Origin: an uncultured Endomicrobiia bacterium
Lineage (GTDB): Bacteria; Elusimicrobiota; Endomicrobiia; DTEH01
Length of the DNA: 64,000 bases
NCBI GenBank assembly: GCA_938074745.1
Contig: CALJEJ010000064.1
Coordinates: 1,589 to 65,588, forward strand
Reading direction: 5' to 3'
Position numbers and translations under genes: made by a program. This document shows positions 21,142 through 29,548 of this stretch, in pieces (within the stretch, counting starts at the first letter, position 1; each line of letters begins with the position of its first letter). The notes beneath the pieces were generated by a model. That model was not told the DNA's origin and did no database searches. It worked only from the letters and a program-made list of their open reading frames with translations.

Positions 21142-22593
21142 ATGAACAAATTTAATACCTTCTTGAGATTAACCAAGATAAACTTTGCAGTAAGTTTAAC
21201 TGTTACATTTTTTTCTTCCATATGTTTTTCTATCCATCCATTAGTATATTCTGGGTATACTGAAGAAGCATTTGTAATATTTCACAACCCTGCAGGTATG
21301 GCAAACTGTCACAAAATTGTGTTTGAAACAAAATATGGAAATTTATATTATGGAGTTTTAGATAACATTTTGTTCAACACAGATTTTGTTTTAAGTTACA
21401 ACTCTTTTTGGGGATTTTTAGGTTTTGGGTATAGAAGTCTTACCTTAAGTGAAATTTATTCAGAAAACTTGGCTATATTAGTAGCTGGGACAAAATTGTT
21501 CAAAGAAAAATTTGTTTTAGGGTTGGGGTTAAAAAGTTTCTTTACACAATATTTTTATGACGAATATTATTCTGACGAGACAACAGAAATTTCTGATACA
21601 CAAAAATTTAATTTTGATTTTGGTCTACAATACAGAATAAATAATAAAATTTTTATAGGATTTAGCAGAAGAAACAATTCTAAAATACTTTACGGAGAAA
21701 TAATAAAATATTCTTTACCCCAAGAGTACAGTTTTGGTATTGCTTACATACCTAACGATACTATCCTTAATTTAGAACTACTCTATAAAACTCAACAAGT
21801 ACAAAATACTCTATTTGAATCACAAATTTACCGTTTAGGGGTACAACAAACTGTGTTATCAACCACTTTTTGTAAAATCACATTTTCTGCAGGGACAGAT
21901 ATTGAACCTAAAATTCAGTATACAAATTTCTTATTATCCAGCGGGATAGAAATTCTTCCGGCAAAAATCAAGTTACGATATATATGGTCTTACCCGGTGA
22001 CTCAAATAAAAACTTTTTCAGGAAACCACTATATATCTTTAGGTCTATGGTTCGGCCCTCTAAAACAAGAAAAAAAACAACAAGTTGTAGAATACAAACC
22101 TCTCCAACAAGAACAAGTTACTACAACAACAAAAATTTCTACTGAACCTGTAATTAGTGTTGTAACAACCACTCCTACTGTTACAACACCTGTTTCTTTT
22201 GTTTCTTCACAGACAATATCTTTACCTAAAATTATACAAGAAGTTAAACCGCTCAGTGTGGTTATCTCTACACCTATTATTACAACAGAAGAAAAAATTT
22301 TATCTGAAAAAGAAAAACAAAAAGAAGTAAGTATCTCTACTGTATCTGTTACAAAACCTGTTATTGTTCCACAGAAAGAACATAAAGTGGGTATTTCCTC
22401 TCAACCTGTTATTGGTGAAAAATACAAATTTCCTGTAGCACACAAAATTTCTTCTGGTGAAACATTGATTTCTATTGCAGAAAAATATTATAATAACAAA
22501 AATTACTGGATAAAAATTTATCAAGCAAATAAAGACAAAATTGTCAAAGGTGCTTTAATTGTAGGTGAAACAATTATTATCCCTGAACCATAA
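21142..22593 (+). CDS. PorP/SprF-like outer-membrane barrel protein with T/P/V-rich linker and C-terminal LysM domain
   Basis: Signal peptide; FHNPAGMA resembling the PorP/SprF N-terminal NPA motif; C-terminal ISSGETLISIAEKYY...W..I...N......GETIIIP LysM. Confidence 0.5.
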   Translation: MNKFNTFLRLTKINFAVSLTVTFFSSICFSIHPLVYSGYTEEAFVIFHNPAGMANCHKIVFETKYGNLYYGVLDNILFNTDFVLSYNSFWGFLGFGYRSLTLSEIYSENLAILVAGTKLFKEKFVLGLGLKSFFTQYFYDEYYSDETTEISDTQKFNFDFGLQYRINNKIFIGFSRRNNSKILYGEIIKYSLPQEYSFGIAYIPNDTILNLELLYKTQQVQNTLFESQIYRLGVQQTVLSTTFCKITFSAGTDIEPKIQYTNFLLSSGIEILPAKIKLRYIWSYPVTQIKTFSGNHYISLGLWFGPLKQEKKQQVVEYKPLQQEQVTTTTKISTEPVISVVTTTPTVTTPVSFVSSQTISLPKIIQEVKPLSVVISTPIITTEEKILSEKEKQKEVSISTVSVTKPVIVPQKEHKVGISSQPVIGEKYKFPVAHKISSGETLISIAEKYYNNKNYWIKIYQANKDKIVKGALIVGETIIIPEP

Positions 22594-22600
22594 ATATAAC

Positions 22601-22675
22601 AGGTGGTAGGTGGTAGCAGGTAGGTGGTAGGGAAAATAAAAGTGAGAAAGTGAAAAAGTAAGAAAGTGAAAAAGA
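22601..22675. repeat. modular intergenic repeat, partial copy: module A' (GGTGGTAGG-rich) plus module B (AGTGAAAAAG tandem units)
   Basis: aggtggtaggtggtagcaggtaggtggtaggg then agtgagaaagtgaaaaagtaagaaagtgaaaaag; cognates at 22728, 28118, 32656. Confidence 0.7.
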
Positions 22676-22685
22676 TAAATATTTT

Positions 22686-22720
22686 CCCCTCTATCAAGAG
22701 GGGATTAAGGGGTGTGTATA
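22686..22720 (+). repeat. F element: hairpin CCCCTC-tatcaa-GAGGGG followed by ATTAAGGGGTGTGTATA
   Basis: Identical unit at 22828-22863; variants at 23264-23384, 28277-28313; inverted copy at 23216-23250. Confidence 0.75.
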
Positions 22721-22727
22721 AAATTAA

Positions 22728-22825
22728 GTGGTAGCAGGTAGGTGGTAGGGAGTGTTTGGTTGATAGTCAATGGTCCACGGTCCAAAGTGAAAAAGAAAAT
22801 GTAGCGACAAAGCGTCAGCTTTGCC
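22728..22825 (+). repeat. modular intergenic repeat copy: modules A + B + C (C is hairpin caaagc-gtca-gctttg)
   Basis: gtggtagcaggtaggtggtagggagtgtttggttgatagtcaatggtccacggtcca / aagtgaaaaagaaaa / atgtagcgacaaagcgtcagctttgcc. Confidence 0.75.
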
Positions 22826-22827
22826 TT

Positions 22828-22863
22828 CCCCTCTATCAAGAGGGGATTAAAGGGGTGTGTATA
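22828..22863 (+). repeat. F element immediately abutting the ATG of the DUF559 gene
   Basis: cccctctatcaagaggggattaaaggggtgtgtata then ATG at 22864. Confidence 0.75.
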
Positions 22864-23229
22864 ATGAAACTTTATTACAACCCCAGATTAAAACAAATAG
22901 CAAGAAAATTGCGTAAACAAAGTACCTACGGAGAGATAAAACTGTGGCAATACCTCAAAAACAAACAATTGTTAGGATACGATTTTCATCGGCAGAAACC
23001 AATCGGAGAGTATATAGTAGACTTTTACTGCCCAAAATTAAAAATTGCAATAGAAATTGACGGATATTCACACAATTTTACTTTTGATAATGATATAAAT
23101 AAAGAAAAATTTCTCAACAAACTGGGAATAAAGGTATTACGTTTTTTAGAGAGAGATGTATTAAAAAATATAGAAGGTGTTTTGGAAATAATTAAAGAAA
23201 ATATAACAACAAATAAACACCTCCCTTAA
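22864..23229 (+). CDS. DUF559 (Vsr-like endonuclease fold) domain protein, 121 aa
   Basis: MKLYYNPRLKQIARKLRKQSTYGEIKLWQYL...YIVDFYCPKLKIAIEIDGYSH matches DUF559; the track ORF 22756.. only adds upstream translation of the repeat. Confidence 0.7.
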   Translation: MKLYYNPRLKQIARKLRKQSTYGEIKLWQYLKNKQLLGYDFHRQKPIGEYIVDFYCPKLKIAIEIDGYSHNFTFDNDINKEKFLNKLGIKVLRFLERDVLKNIEGVLEIIKENITTNKHLP

Positions 23230-23250
23230 TCCCTCCTTGATAGGAGGGAA
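23216..23250 (-). repeat. F element in inverted orientation overlapping the DUF559 stop codon
   Basis: Reverse complement tccctcctatcaaggagggattaagggaggtgt aligns with the F consensus. Confidence 0.65.
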
Positions 23251-23263
23251 CTTTGATAGTTTT

Positions 23264-23384
23264 CCCCCTCTATCAAGAGGGGACCCAAGGGGTGTGTTTC
23301 ATTTCCCCTTTATCAAGAGGGGAACTAAGGGGTGTGTTTCCCCTCTATCAAGAGGTCTATCAAGAGGGGATTAAGGGGTGTGTT
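23264..23384 (+). repeat. tandem array of three F-element variants, contiguous with no spacers; the last carries an internal 12-bp duplication
   Basis: Units start at 23264, 23305, 23340; each is CCCCTYTATCAAGAGGGGA-NNN-AAGGGGTGTGTT. Confidence 0.75.
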
Positions 23385-23421
23385 AAAAATTAAAATTTTC
23401 CTACTACAGGGTTAAGAAAAA

Positions 23422-24561
23422 ATGTCACGGCCAGATATTATAACAGAAGCGATGCGACATTATTACCGAGGACGCGTGTTTGAAGCCACAGGTGAGTTAG
23501 AAATTGCTATTGAAGAATATAGAAAAGCGATAAAATATGGGGCTGATTATGCAGATGTGCACAATTCGTTAGGTCGTGTCTTGGCTAAAAAAGGATTTTT
23601 AGAAGAAGCACGAATAGAGTTTGAACAAGCGTTACGGTTAAACCCGAGATATCTTGAAGCACAAAAAAATTTAAACGAACTGCTGACAAAAATCAGTGTG
23701 TTGTCAACACAAAAAAAACAACCTTGGAAACCACCAACACAACAAGAACAACAACTCTCACAACCTCAACCACAAACTTCTATCACAACAGAACCTACAC
23801 AACCACAAACAGTTCTTGAAATACCAGCAGTAAAAAGAACTTCTACTTTATTTTATATTTTCCCATTAATCCTGCTGATAATCTCTGTTGTGGCAGTATA
23901 TAAACTGTTTTTTAAAGAATCTACTGCAATACAAAAAGTTTTGTCTTTAGATGTTCCTACGGTTTCCGGTATTGCACGGTATAAAAACCGGCTTATTATA
24001 AGCAGTTGGATGACACAAGAAATTGTGTTCTACAAAATTCTGAAAAATAAAATTACAAAATCGTTTATATTCCAACTTAGTAAAGACCACATTGTACCAA
24101 CATCAATTGCTATCAGCGAAAAAAACTTGTGGGTTTTAGACGGATGGAATAAAAAAATTTATAAATACTTGTTAACCGAAGGAACTCCTGTGGTAGAAAA
24201 AATGCTTGATTTGAAAACTGCTTCACCTATAGGAATTGCAATATACAAAAAATATATTTTAGTAGCAGATAATACTGACCAACAAATACAAATTTATGAC
24301 CAAGAACTTAAAAAAATAGATTCCGTACCGTTCATAGTAAAAAATCTTATTGCAATATGTTCTTATAACAACAAAATTTGGTTATTGGATAAAGATTCTA
24401 CTTTGTATGAACTAAAAAACTATGCTGAAGTAAAAAATTCGTTCCAACTAAATACAATTTCAAAAAATATTTCTGCCTTTTTTGTAGATAACAAATATTT
24501 GTGGTTAGCAGAAGAAGGTGAACCTAAATTGGTCTATTATACAAAAAATGTGTTAAAATAA
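23422..24561 (+). CDS. TPR-repeat protein with one TM helix and C-terminal beta-rich domain
   Basis: N-terminal TPR units (AIEEYRKAIKYGADYADVHNSLG...), Q/P-rich linker, hydrophobic helix. Confidence 0.6.
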   Translation: MSRPDIITEAMRHYYRGRVFEATGELEIAIEEYRKAIKYGADYADVHNSLGRVLAKKGFLEEARIEFEQALRLNPRYLEAQKNLNELLTKISVLSTQKKQPWKPPTQQEQQLSQPQPQTSITTEPTQPQTVLEIPAVKRTSTLFYIFPLILLIISVVAVYKLFFKESTAIQKVLSLDVPTVSGIARYKNRLIISSWMTQEIVFYKILKNKITKSFIFQLSKDHIVPTSIAISEKNLWVLDGWNKKIYKYLLTEGTPVVEKMLDLKTASPIGIAIYKKYILVADNTDQQIQIYDQELKKIDSVPFIVKNLIAICSYNNKIWLLDKDSTLYELKNYAEVKNSFQLNTISKNISAFFVDNKYLWLAEEGEPKLVYYTKNVLK

Positions 24562-24585
24562 ATTTAATAAGAAAGGAGTTAAAGT

Positions 24586-25599
24586 ATGAAAACGTTACTC
24601 CGAGGGAAAGATTGGATTGAAACCAAAGATTGGTCTAAAGAAGAACTGGAAACTGTCCTTGAAGTAGCAAAATATTTGAAAATAAAGTTTGCACTCGGCG
24701 AAGAACATAGGTTGTTACAAGACAAAACTTTGTTTATGCTGTTTTTTGAACAATCTACACGGACACGGAATTCTACTGAAGCTGCAATGACACAACTTGG
24801 CGGTCATGCACACGACCTTACACCTGAAAAAATGCAAATTTCTCACGGTGAAACACCTAAAGATACCGGCCAAGTGTTGTCCCGTTATGGTCACGGGATC
24901 GCTATAAGGAACTGTTTCTACGGGATAGGAAATAAATATATTAAAGAAGTTGCAGAATACGCATCTATACCGGTAATAAATCTACAATGTGACGTTGACC
25001 ATCCGTGCCAAACCATTGCTGACCTTATGACTATCAGAGAAAAGTTTGGCGAGAACACACGAGGGTTAAAATTTGTAATTTCGTGGACGTACGCGCCTGC
25101 ATACGCAAGACCGTTATCTGTACCACAAGGGTTGATATGGTTAATGCCGAGGTTCGGGTTTGATGTAGTCCTTGCACATCCTAAAGAGTTCTATCTTATG
25201 CCACATACGCTAGAATATGCAAAACAGTTCGCTAAAGAAAACGGAGTTAAGTTTGAAATTGTAGACGATATGGACGAAGCATTCCGTGACGCTGATATTG
25301 TATATCCAAAATCTTGGGGTTGCCACCAATATCTCGCTGACAAAAATGTCCCTGAAGAAGAAAAGAAAAAAGTTGGTTCGGACCTGTTAAACAAATATAA
25401 AAACTGGGTGTGTACACAAAAACGTATGCAACTGGCAAAAAAACATGCTATTTATATGCACCCGTTACCTGCAGACCGCGGGTACGAAGTTGAAGATGCA
25501 GTTATTGACGGACCACAATCTGTTGTCTTTGACCAAGCAGAAAATCGGTTACATACAGTAAAAGCAATATTAGCACTTACAATGGGTGGCAGACCTTAA
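24586..25599 (+). CDS. carbamoyltransferase (ATCase/OTCase superfamily; catabolic type, possibly YgeW/oxamate-type)
   Basis: STRTR carbamoyl-phosphate motif, HPCQ, HPLP; RBS AAGGAG 8 nt upstream. Confidence 0.8.
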   Translation: MKTLLRGKDWIETKDWSKEELETVLEVAKYLKIKFALGEEHRLLQDKTLFMLFFEQSTRTRNSTEAAMTQLGGHAHDLTPEKMQISHGETPKDTGQVLSRYGHGIAIRNCFYGIGNKYIKEVAEYASIPVINLQCDVDHPCQTIADLMTIREKFGENTRGLKFVISWTYAPAYARPLSVPQGLIWLMPRFGFDVVLAHPKEFYLMPHTLEYAKQFAKENGVKFEIVDDMDEAFRDADIVYPKSWGCHQYLADKNVPEEEKKKVGSDLLNKYKNWVCTQKRMQLAKKHAIYMHPLPADRGYEVEDAVIDGPQSVVFDQAENRLHTVKAILALTMGGRP

Positions 25600-25615
25600 A
25601 ATAAACCATAACATT

Positions 25616-25655
25616 TCCTCTCTATTAAAATGGAACCAAAAGGTGTGTACACCAT
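25616..25655 (+). repeat. degenerate F-like element in the transcarbamylase / carbamate-kinase intergenic spacer
   Basis: tcctctctattaaaatggaaccaaaaggtgtgtacac against the F consensus (CCTCTCTAT...AAGGTGTGTA conserved). Confidence 0.3.
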
Positions 25656-25743
25656 CACTATATCAAACTATTAAAAGGAAAGTTATGAACACCTCCATTG
25701 TGCCTAAGAAATAGATTAACAAAAAAGTAAATAGGAGGTTAAA

Positions 25744-26697
25744 ATGTCTAATCACACAAAAAAACCTTTGGTAATAATTGCAGTAGGTGGTAATTCGTTA
25801 ATTAAAGATGAGAAACATATGACAGTACCAGACCAATACCAAGCCGCTGCAGAAACTATGAAATATATTGCGGATGTTATAGAAGAAGGATACCGTGTTG
25901 TAATTACTCACGGGAACGGTCCTCAAGTAGGGTTCATACTTATGAGGTCGGAATATTCCCGCGGAATATTACACGAAGTACCACTGGATTCTATTGACGC
26001 TGATACACAAGGTGCTATCGGGTACAATTTTCAGATGGCGTTACGGAACGAGTTTTACCGTCGTGGGATAAAAAAAGAAGTTGTTTCTGTAGTTACCCAA
26101 GTTGTGGTTGATAAAAACGACCCTGCGTTTAACAATCCTACAAAACCTATTGGCCCGTTTTATGACGAACAACAAGCAAAGTTGCGACAACAACAAAACG
26201 GTTGGGTGATGAAAGAAGACGCTGGCAGAGGGTACCGTCGTGTAGTTCCTTCACCAAAACCGTTAGAAATAGTAGAACTGGAAGTGATTAAGACACTTTT
26301 AGACAATGATATAGTAACAATAGCAGTAGGTGGCGGTGGAATACCTGTAATAAAAACCGAACACGGACTTAAAGGTATTGAAGCAGTAATAGATAAAGAC
26401 CTTGCTTCTGCATTGCTTGCAAAAAACCTTAACGCAGACAAATTTGTAATCTCTACTGCTGTAGAGAAAGTTTATTTAAATTTTAACACACCACAACAAA
26501 TACCGTTGGATAAAGTTACTACACAAGAACTGAAAAAATATTCTTCTGAAGGACATTTTAAACCCGGTAGTATGTTACCTAAAATTTTAGCAATGATAGA
26601 TTTTGTTGAATCAACAAATAATATAGGAATAATTACTAACCCACAAAATATCCCTTCTGCAGTAAAAGGTCTTGCAGGAACTGTGATCGTTAAATAA
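25744..26697 (+). CDS. arcC: carbamate kinase
   Basis: 317 aa; N-terminal amino-acid-kinase motif IIAVGGNSL and ITHGNGPQVG. Confidence 0.85.
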   Translation: MSNHTKKPLVIIAVGGNSLIKDEKHMTVPDQYQAAAETMKYIADVIEEGYRVVITHGNGPQVGFILMRSEYSRGILHEVPLDSIDADTQGAIGYNFQMALRNEFYRRGIKKEVVSVVTQVVVDKNDPAFNNPTKPIGPFYDEQQAKLRQQQNGWVMKEDAGRGYRRVVPSPKPLEIVELEVIKTLLDNDIVTIAVGGGGIPVIKTEHGLKGIEAVIDKDLASALLAKNLNADKFVISTAVEKVYLNFNTPQQIPLDKVTTQELKKYSSEGHFKPGSMLPKILAMIDFVESTNNIGIITNPQNIPSAVKGLAGTVIVK

Positions 26698-26699
26698 AT

Positions 26700-27923
26700 A
26701 TGACAAAATTTTATTTCAAATGTATTGTTTGTGAAAAAGAGTTTGATAAAGATGAAGTAACATATACTTGTCCTTCTTGTAACAACAATTTGGAAGTTAT
26801 ATACGATTATAAAAAAAATCTTCTATCACAATTTATAAAATCTAACAAAAATTTTACTATATGGAATTATTTACCTTTGTTACCTGTAGAACAAGATTCA
26901 GTAATTACAAAAATACAAGTGTATAAAACTCCGTTGTTAAAATCTATAAATTTAGGTCCACAACTGGGGTTAAAAAATCTGTTTTTCAAAGATGAGACAA
27001 AACTTCCTTCAGGGTCGTTAAAAGACCGCGCTTCTGCAATAGTTGTTGCGTACGGACTGCAGAATAAAAAAGAAAAGTTTATCACTGCGTCAACAGGTAA
27101 CGCTGGTTGTGCATTAGCATGTATTTCAGCAATGGTAGCTGTAAAATCGCGAATTGTTGTTCCTAAAACTGCACCTAAAGCAAAACTTCTGCAGATAAAA
27201 GTTTATGGTGCAGAAATTTTTCCTTATGATGGTAATTACGACGATTGTTTTGATTATGTGTTAAACCTGTGTAATGAAGATAAAACATGGTTTAACCGTT
27301 CCACAGGAGTAAACCCGTTCACTCGTGAAGGTAAAAAAACTGTCTCGTTTGAGATTTGGGAACAACTGGGGTTTAAACCGCCGGATATCGTTTTTGTTCC
27401 TATTGGAGACGGGAATATAATAAGTGGCGTGTGGAAAGGGTTCCGCGAATTGTTTAACTGTAAAGAAATCTCTTCGTTACCCAAAATTATAGGAGTACAA
27501 TCAAAAAACAGTAATTCTGTTTCGTTAACATTAAAAAAAATTGAACAAAAATATTATTCGCCAAAAAATAAAAAATTGTCACAACCTATATCTAAAATAT
27601 TTCGTGAAACAAAAGTTGTCCCTGTGAAATCTAATACAACAGCAGATTCTATCTCTGTAGATTATCCTCGGGATGCTTACGCTGCAATAAAATCTATCAT
27701 AGAATCTAACGGGTTTATTATAGAAGTTTCAGATGAAGAAATTATAGAAGCAATAAAACTTCTTGCAGAAAACGAAGGTATACTTGCAGAACCTGCAGGA
27801 GCAACTTCTTTTGCTGGATTGAAAAAATTTTGTACTTATTGTAAAGAACTTTCGGATAAAGTAGTAGTAACATTAGTCACAGGACATGGACTTAAAGATA
27901 TTTCTGTCCTTCAGGAAATTTAG
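26700..27923 (+). CDS. threonine-synthase-like PLP-dependent (fold type II) enzyme with N-terminal Cys4 zinc ribbon
   Basis: CIVCEKEF...CPSCNN ribbon; SGSLKDRAS PLP-lysine motif; ASTGNAGCA. Confidence 0.7.
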   Translation: MTKFYFKCIVCEKEFDKDEVTYTCPSCNNNLEVIYDYKKNLLSQFIKSNKNFTIWNYLPLLPVEQDSVITKIQVYKTPLLKSINLGPQLGLKNLFFKDETKLPSGSLKDRASAIVVAYGLQNKKEKFITASTGNAGCALACISAMVAVKSRIVVPKTAPKAKLLQIKVYGAEIFPYDGNYDDCFDYVLNLCNEDKTWFNRSTGVNPFTREGKKTVSFEIWEQLGFKPPDIVFVPIGDGNIISGVWKGFRELFNCKEISSLPKIIGVQSKNSNSVSLTLKKIEQKYYSPKNKKLSQPISKIFRETKVVPVKSNTTADSISVDYPRDAYAAIKSIIESNGFIIEVSDEEIIEAIKLLAENEGILAEPAGATSFAGLKKFCTYCKELSDKVVVTLVTGHGLKDISVLQEI

Positions 27924-27940
27924 CCATTCTCAACTACATA

Positions 27941-28034
27941 TAGTGAAAGAGTGAAAAAGTGAGATAGTGAAAAAGAAAATGTAGCGGCAAAGCGCCAGCT
28001 TTGCCCTTGGAGTAGAGGCTTTAGCCTCGTGGAG
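27941..28034 (+). repeat. modular repeat partial copy: modules B + C + D (D is hairpin GAGGCT-tt-AGCCTC)
   Basis: tagtgaaagagtgaaaaagtgagatagtgaaaaag / atgtagcggcaaagcgccagctttgcc / cttggagtagaggctttagcctcgtggag. Confidence 0.7.
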
Positions 28035-28050
28035 AAAAAATTATAATATA

Positions 28051-28090
28051 ACGAGCCTAAAGGCTCTATCCCAACGAGCCTAAAGGCTCT
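28051..28090 (+). repeat. two direct copies of a 17-bp hairpin unit ACGAGCCTAAAGGCTCT (module G)
   Basis: 28051-28067 and 28074-28090. Confidence 0.7.
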
Positions 28091-28117
28091 ACTCCAAAAA
28101 ATCGTCAGTAAATTAAA

Positions 28118-28233
28118 GGTGGTAGGTGACAGCAGGTAGGTGGATAGGAAGTGTTTGGTTGATAGTCAACAGTCCACGGTCCACGGTAGAAAGAAGTGAA
28201 AAAGATAATTTAGCTGCAAAGCGCCAGCTTTGC
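28118..28233 (+). repeat. modular repeat copy: modules A + B + C
   Basis: aggtggtaggtgacagcaggtaggtggataggaagtgtttggttgatagtcaacagtccacggtccacggt / agaaagaagtgaaaaag / tagctgcaaagcgccagctttgc. Confidence 0.75.
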
Positions 28234-28236
28234 TTT

Positions 28237-28268
28237 GTAGTAGACGGCAATTAATTGCCGTCTACTAC
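28237..28268. repeat. perfect 32-bp palindrome GTAGTAGACGGCAATT|AATTGCCGTCTACTAC (module E)
   Basis: Read directly; cognate imperfect palindrome at 32794-32819. Confidence 0.85.
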
Positions 28269-28276
28269 TTCTAATT

Positions 28277-28340
28277 TCCCTCCTACCAAGGAGGGAGCAA
28301 CAAGGGAGGTGTTTATTATCACCACACCCCTTTAGTCCCC
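28277..28340 (+). repeat. F-like element (TCCCTCC-taccaa-GGAGGGA + GCAACAAGGGAGGTGTTT) followed by a partial inverted F half
   Basis: Same hairpin-plus-AAGGGNGGTGT architecture as F at 22686; accacacccctttagtcccc is the reverse complement of ggggactaaaggggtgtggt. Confidence 0.6.
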
Positions 28341-28342
28341 TT

Positions 28343-29548
28343 TTGGATTACCTCAATTGTCCATATAAATGGAAGATTGTTGTGAACAACACACTACAAA
28401 ACGTGGTTGTAATAACCTGTTGCTTCTTTGTAATAGTTACATTCCAAAGTTGTGCCTCTATTATAAAACATAAAAAATTAGAGACAACTCTTACACCACA
28501 AGAAATTGAAGTTACAAAAATTGTAAATCTTCACCCTGAAGAATTGCAAAAGTTAAAGTCAAAACCTATCTATCAGTTTACTCCACAACAGTTAGACAAA
28601 TATCTAAATTATTTACACACCACAATACCAAACCTGCGTGACCGTGTAAAACATATTGCAAGAAAAAATTTAGCTCAACCGTATAGATTGTTTTTATTAG
28701 GCGAGTTCCCGTTTGAACTTACCGACCCAGAACCGTTGTTTAACTTAAAAGAAAGTGATTGTGTAGTTTTTGCAGAACACACTTACGCAATGGCGCTTGG
28801 TTGGGACTGGGCAAGTTTTTTTGCTATCTTACAACGTATACGTTACAAAAATGGCGAAATTGGTCTCCTTACAAGGAATCATTATACAGAACTTGACTGG
28901 AATATAAATAACAGTTGGCTTTTGGAAGATATTACTCAAGAACTTGCCGCAGATAAAGCCGTTAGTGTATATACTGAATATGACAAAAGCAAGTTTTTTA
29001 AAAAAAATTGGGGTATAGATGTCAAAGAATTAAAAGAAGCGCTTACCTGGTATTATATCCCTTATGAAATTCTCCCACAAATAATAGATAAACTTGACAC
29101 GGGAGATTTTGTAAATGTTGTTCGTGGATATGAAGAACCAAACAATAAATGGGTTAGCCATGTAGGATTAATTATAAAAAATGAAGATGGAAGTGTAAAT
29201 TTTATCCATTCTGTATCACCAAAGGTTAAAGAAGAACCGTTGTTGATGTTCTGCAAAGAAGAGGTGAAATTAAACGAAAAACGAAAACAGTATAACGAAA
29301 TTGTTGCTATTAAAAACTTACAAATTCAACAGTATAATACAAATCTAAGAAAAAAAACTGGTGGTAAACCACATAAAAAAGAAAAAAAGTTGTTATCTAA
29401 AAAACCGTATTTTTACGGGTTCAAATTTTTACGTCTACGAGAAAATCCGTTAGAAGAACTTAGAAAAATTGACGGCGATAAAACACCGTTGGTAATAGGT
29501 TCTCAAGGGTTGTATATTAAAAAACTTAACAGTGAATATCAAAAATAA
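28343..29548 (+). CDS. hypothetical lipoprotein, possibly NlpC/P60-like amidase fold (DUF1460-like)
   Basis: Signal peptide ending FQSCAS; SDCVVFAEHTYAMAL Cys-containing core; no recognisable catalytic motif. Confidence 0.45.
   Translation: MDYLNCPYKWKIVVNNTLQNVVVITCCFFVIVTFQSCASIIKHKKLETTLTPQEIEVTKIVNLHPEELQKLKSKPIYQFTPQQLDKYLNYLHTTIPNLRDRVKHIARKNLAQPYRLFLLGEFPFELTDPEPLFNLKESDCVVFAEHTYAMALGWDWASFFAILQRIRYKNGEIGLLTRNHYTELDWNINNSWLLEDITQELAADKAVSVYTEYDKSKFFKKNWGIDVKELKEALTWYYIPYEILPQIIDKLDTGDFVNVVRGYEEPNNKWVSHVGLIIKNEDGSVNFIHSVSPKVKEEPLLMFCKEEVKLNEKRKQYNEIVAIKNLQIQQYNTNLRKKTGGKPHKKEKKLLSKKPYFYGFKFLRLRENPLEELRKIDGDKTPLVIGSQGLYIKKLNSEYQK

Noticed and set aside
22756-22863. Track ORF extends the DUF559 protein N-terminally to 22756 (MVDSQWSTVQSEKENVATKRQLCLPLYQEGIKGVCI...)
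   Set aside because: That extension simply translates modules A/B/C/F of the repeat. The DUF559 homology begins at Met 22864, directly after an F element, so 22864 is used as the start.
23264-23384. Tandem ~38-bp direct repeats that could be mistaken for a CRISPR array
   Set aside because: Units are contiguous with no spacers, the period is irregular (41 and 35 bp), one unit has an internal duplication, and no cas genes or leader are nearby. Classified as a tandem F-element repeat.
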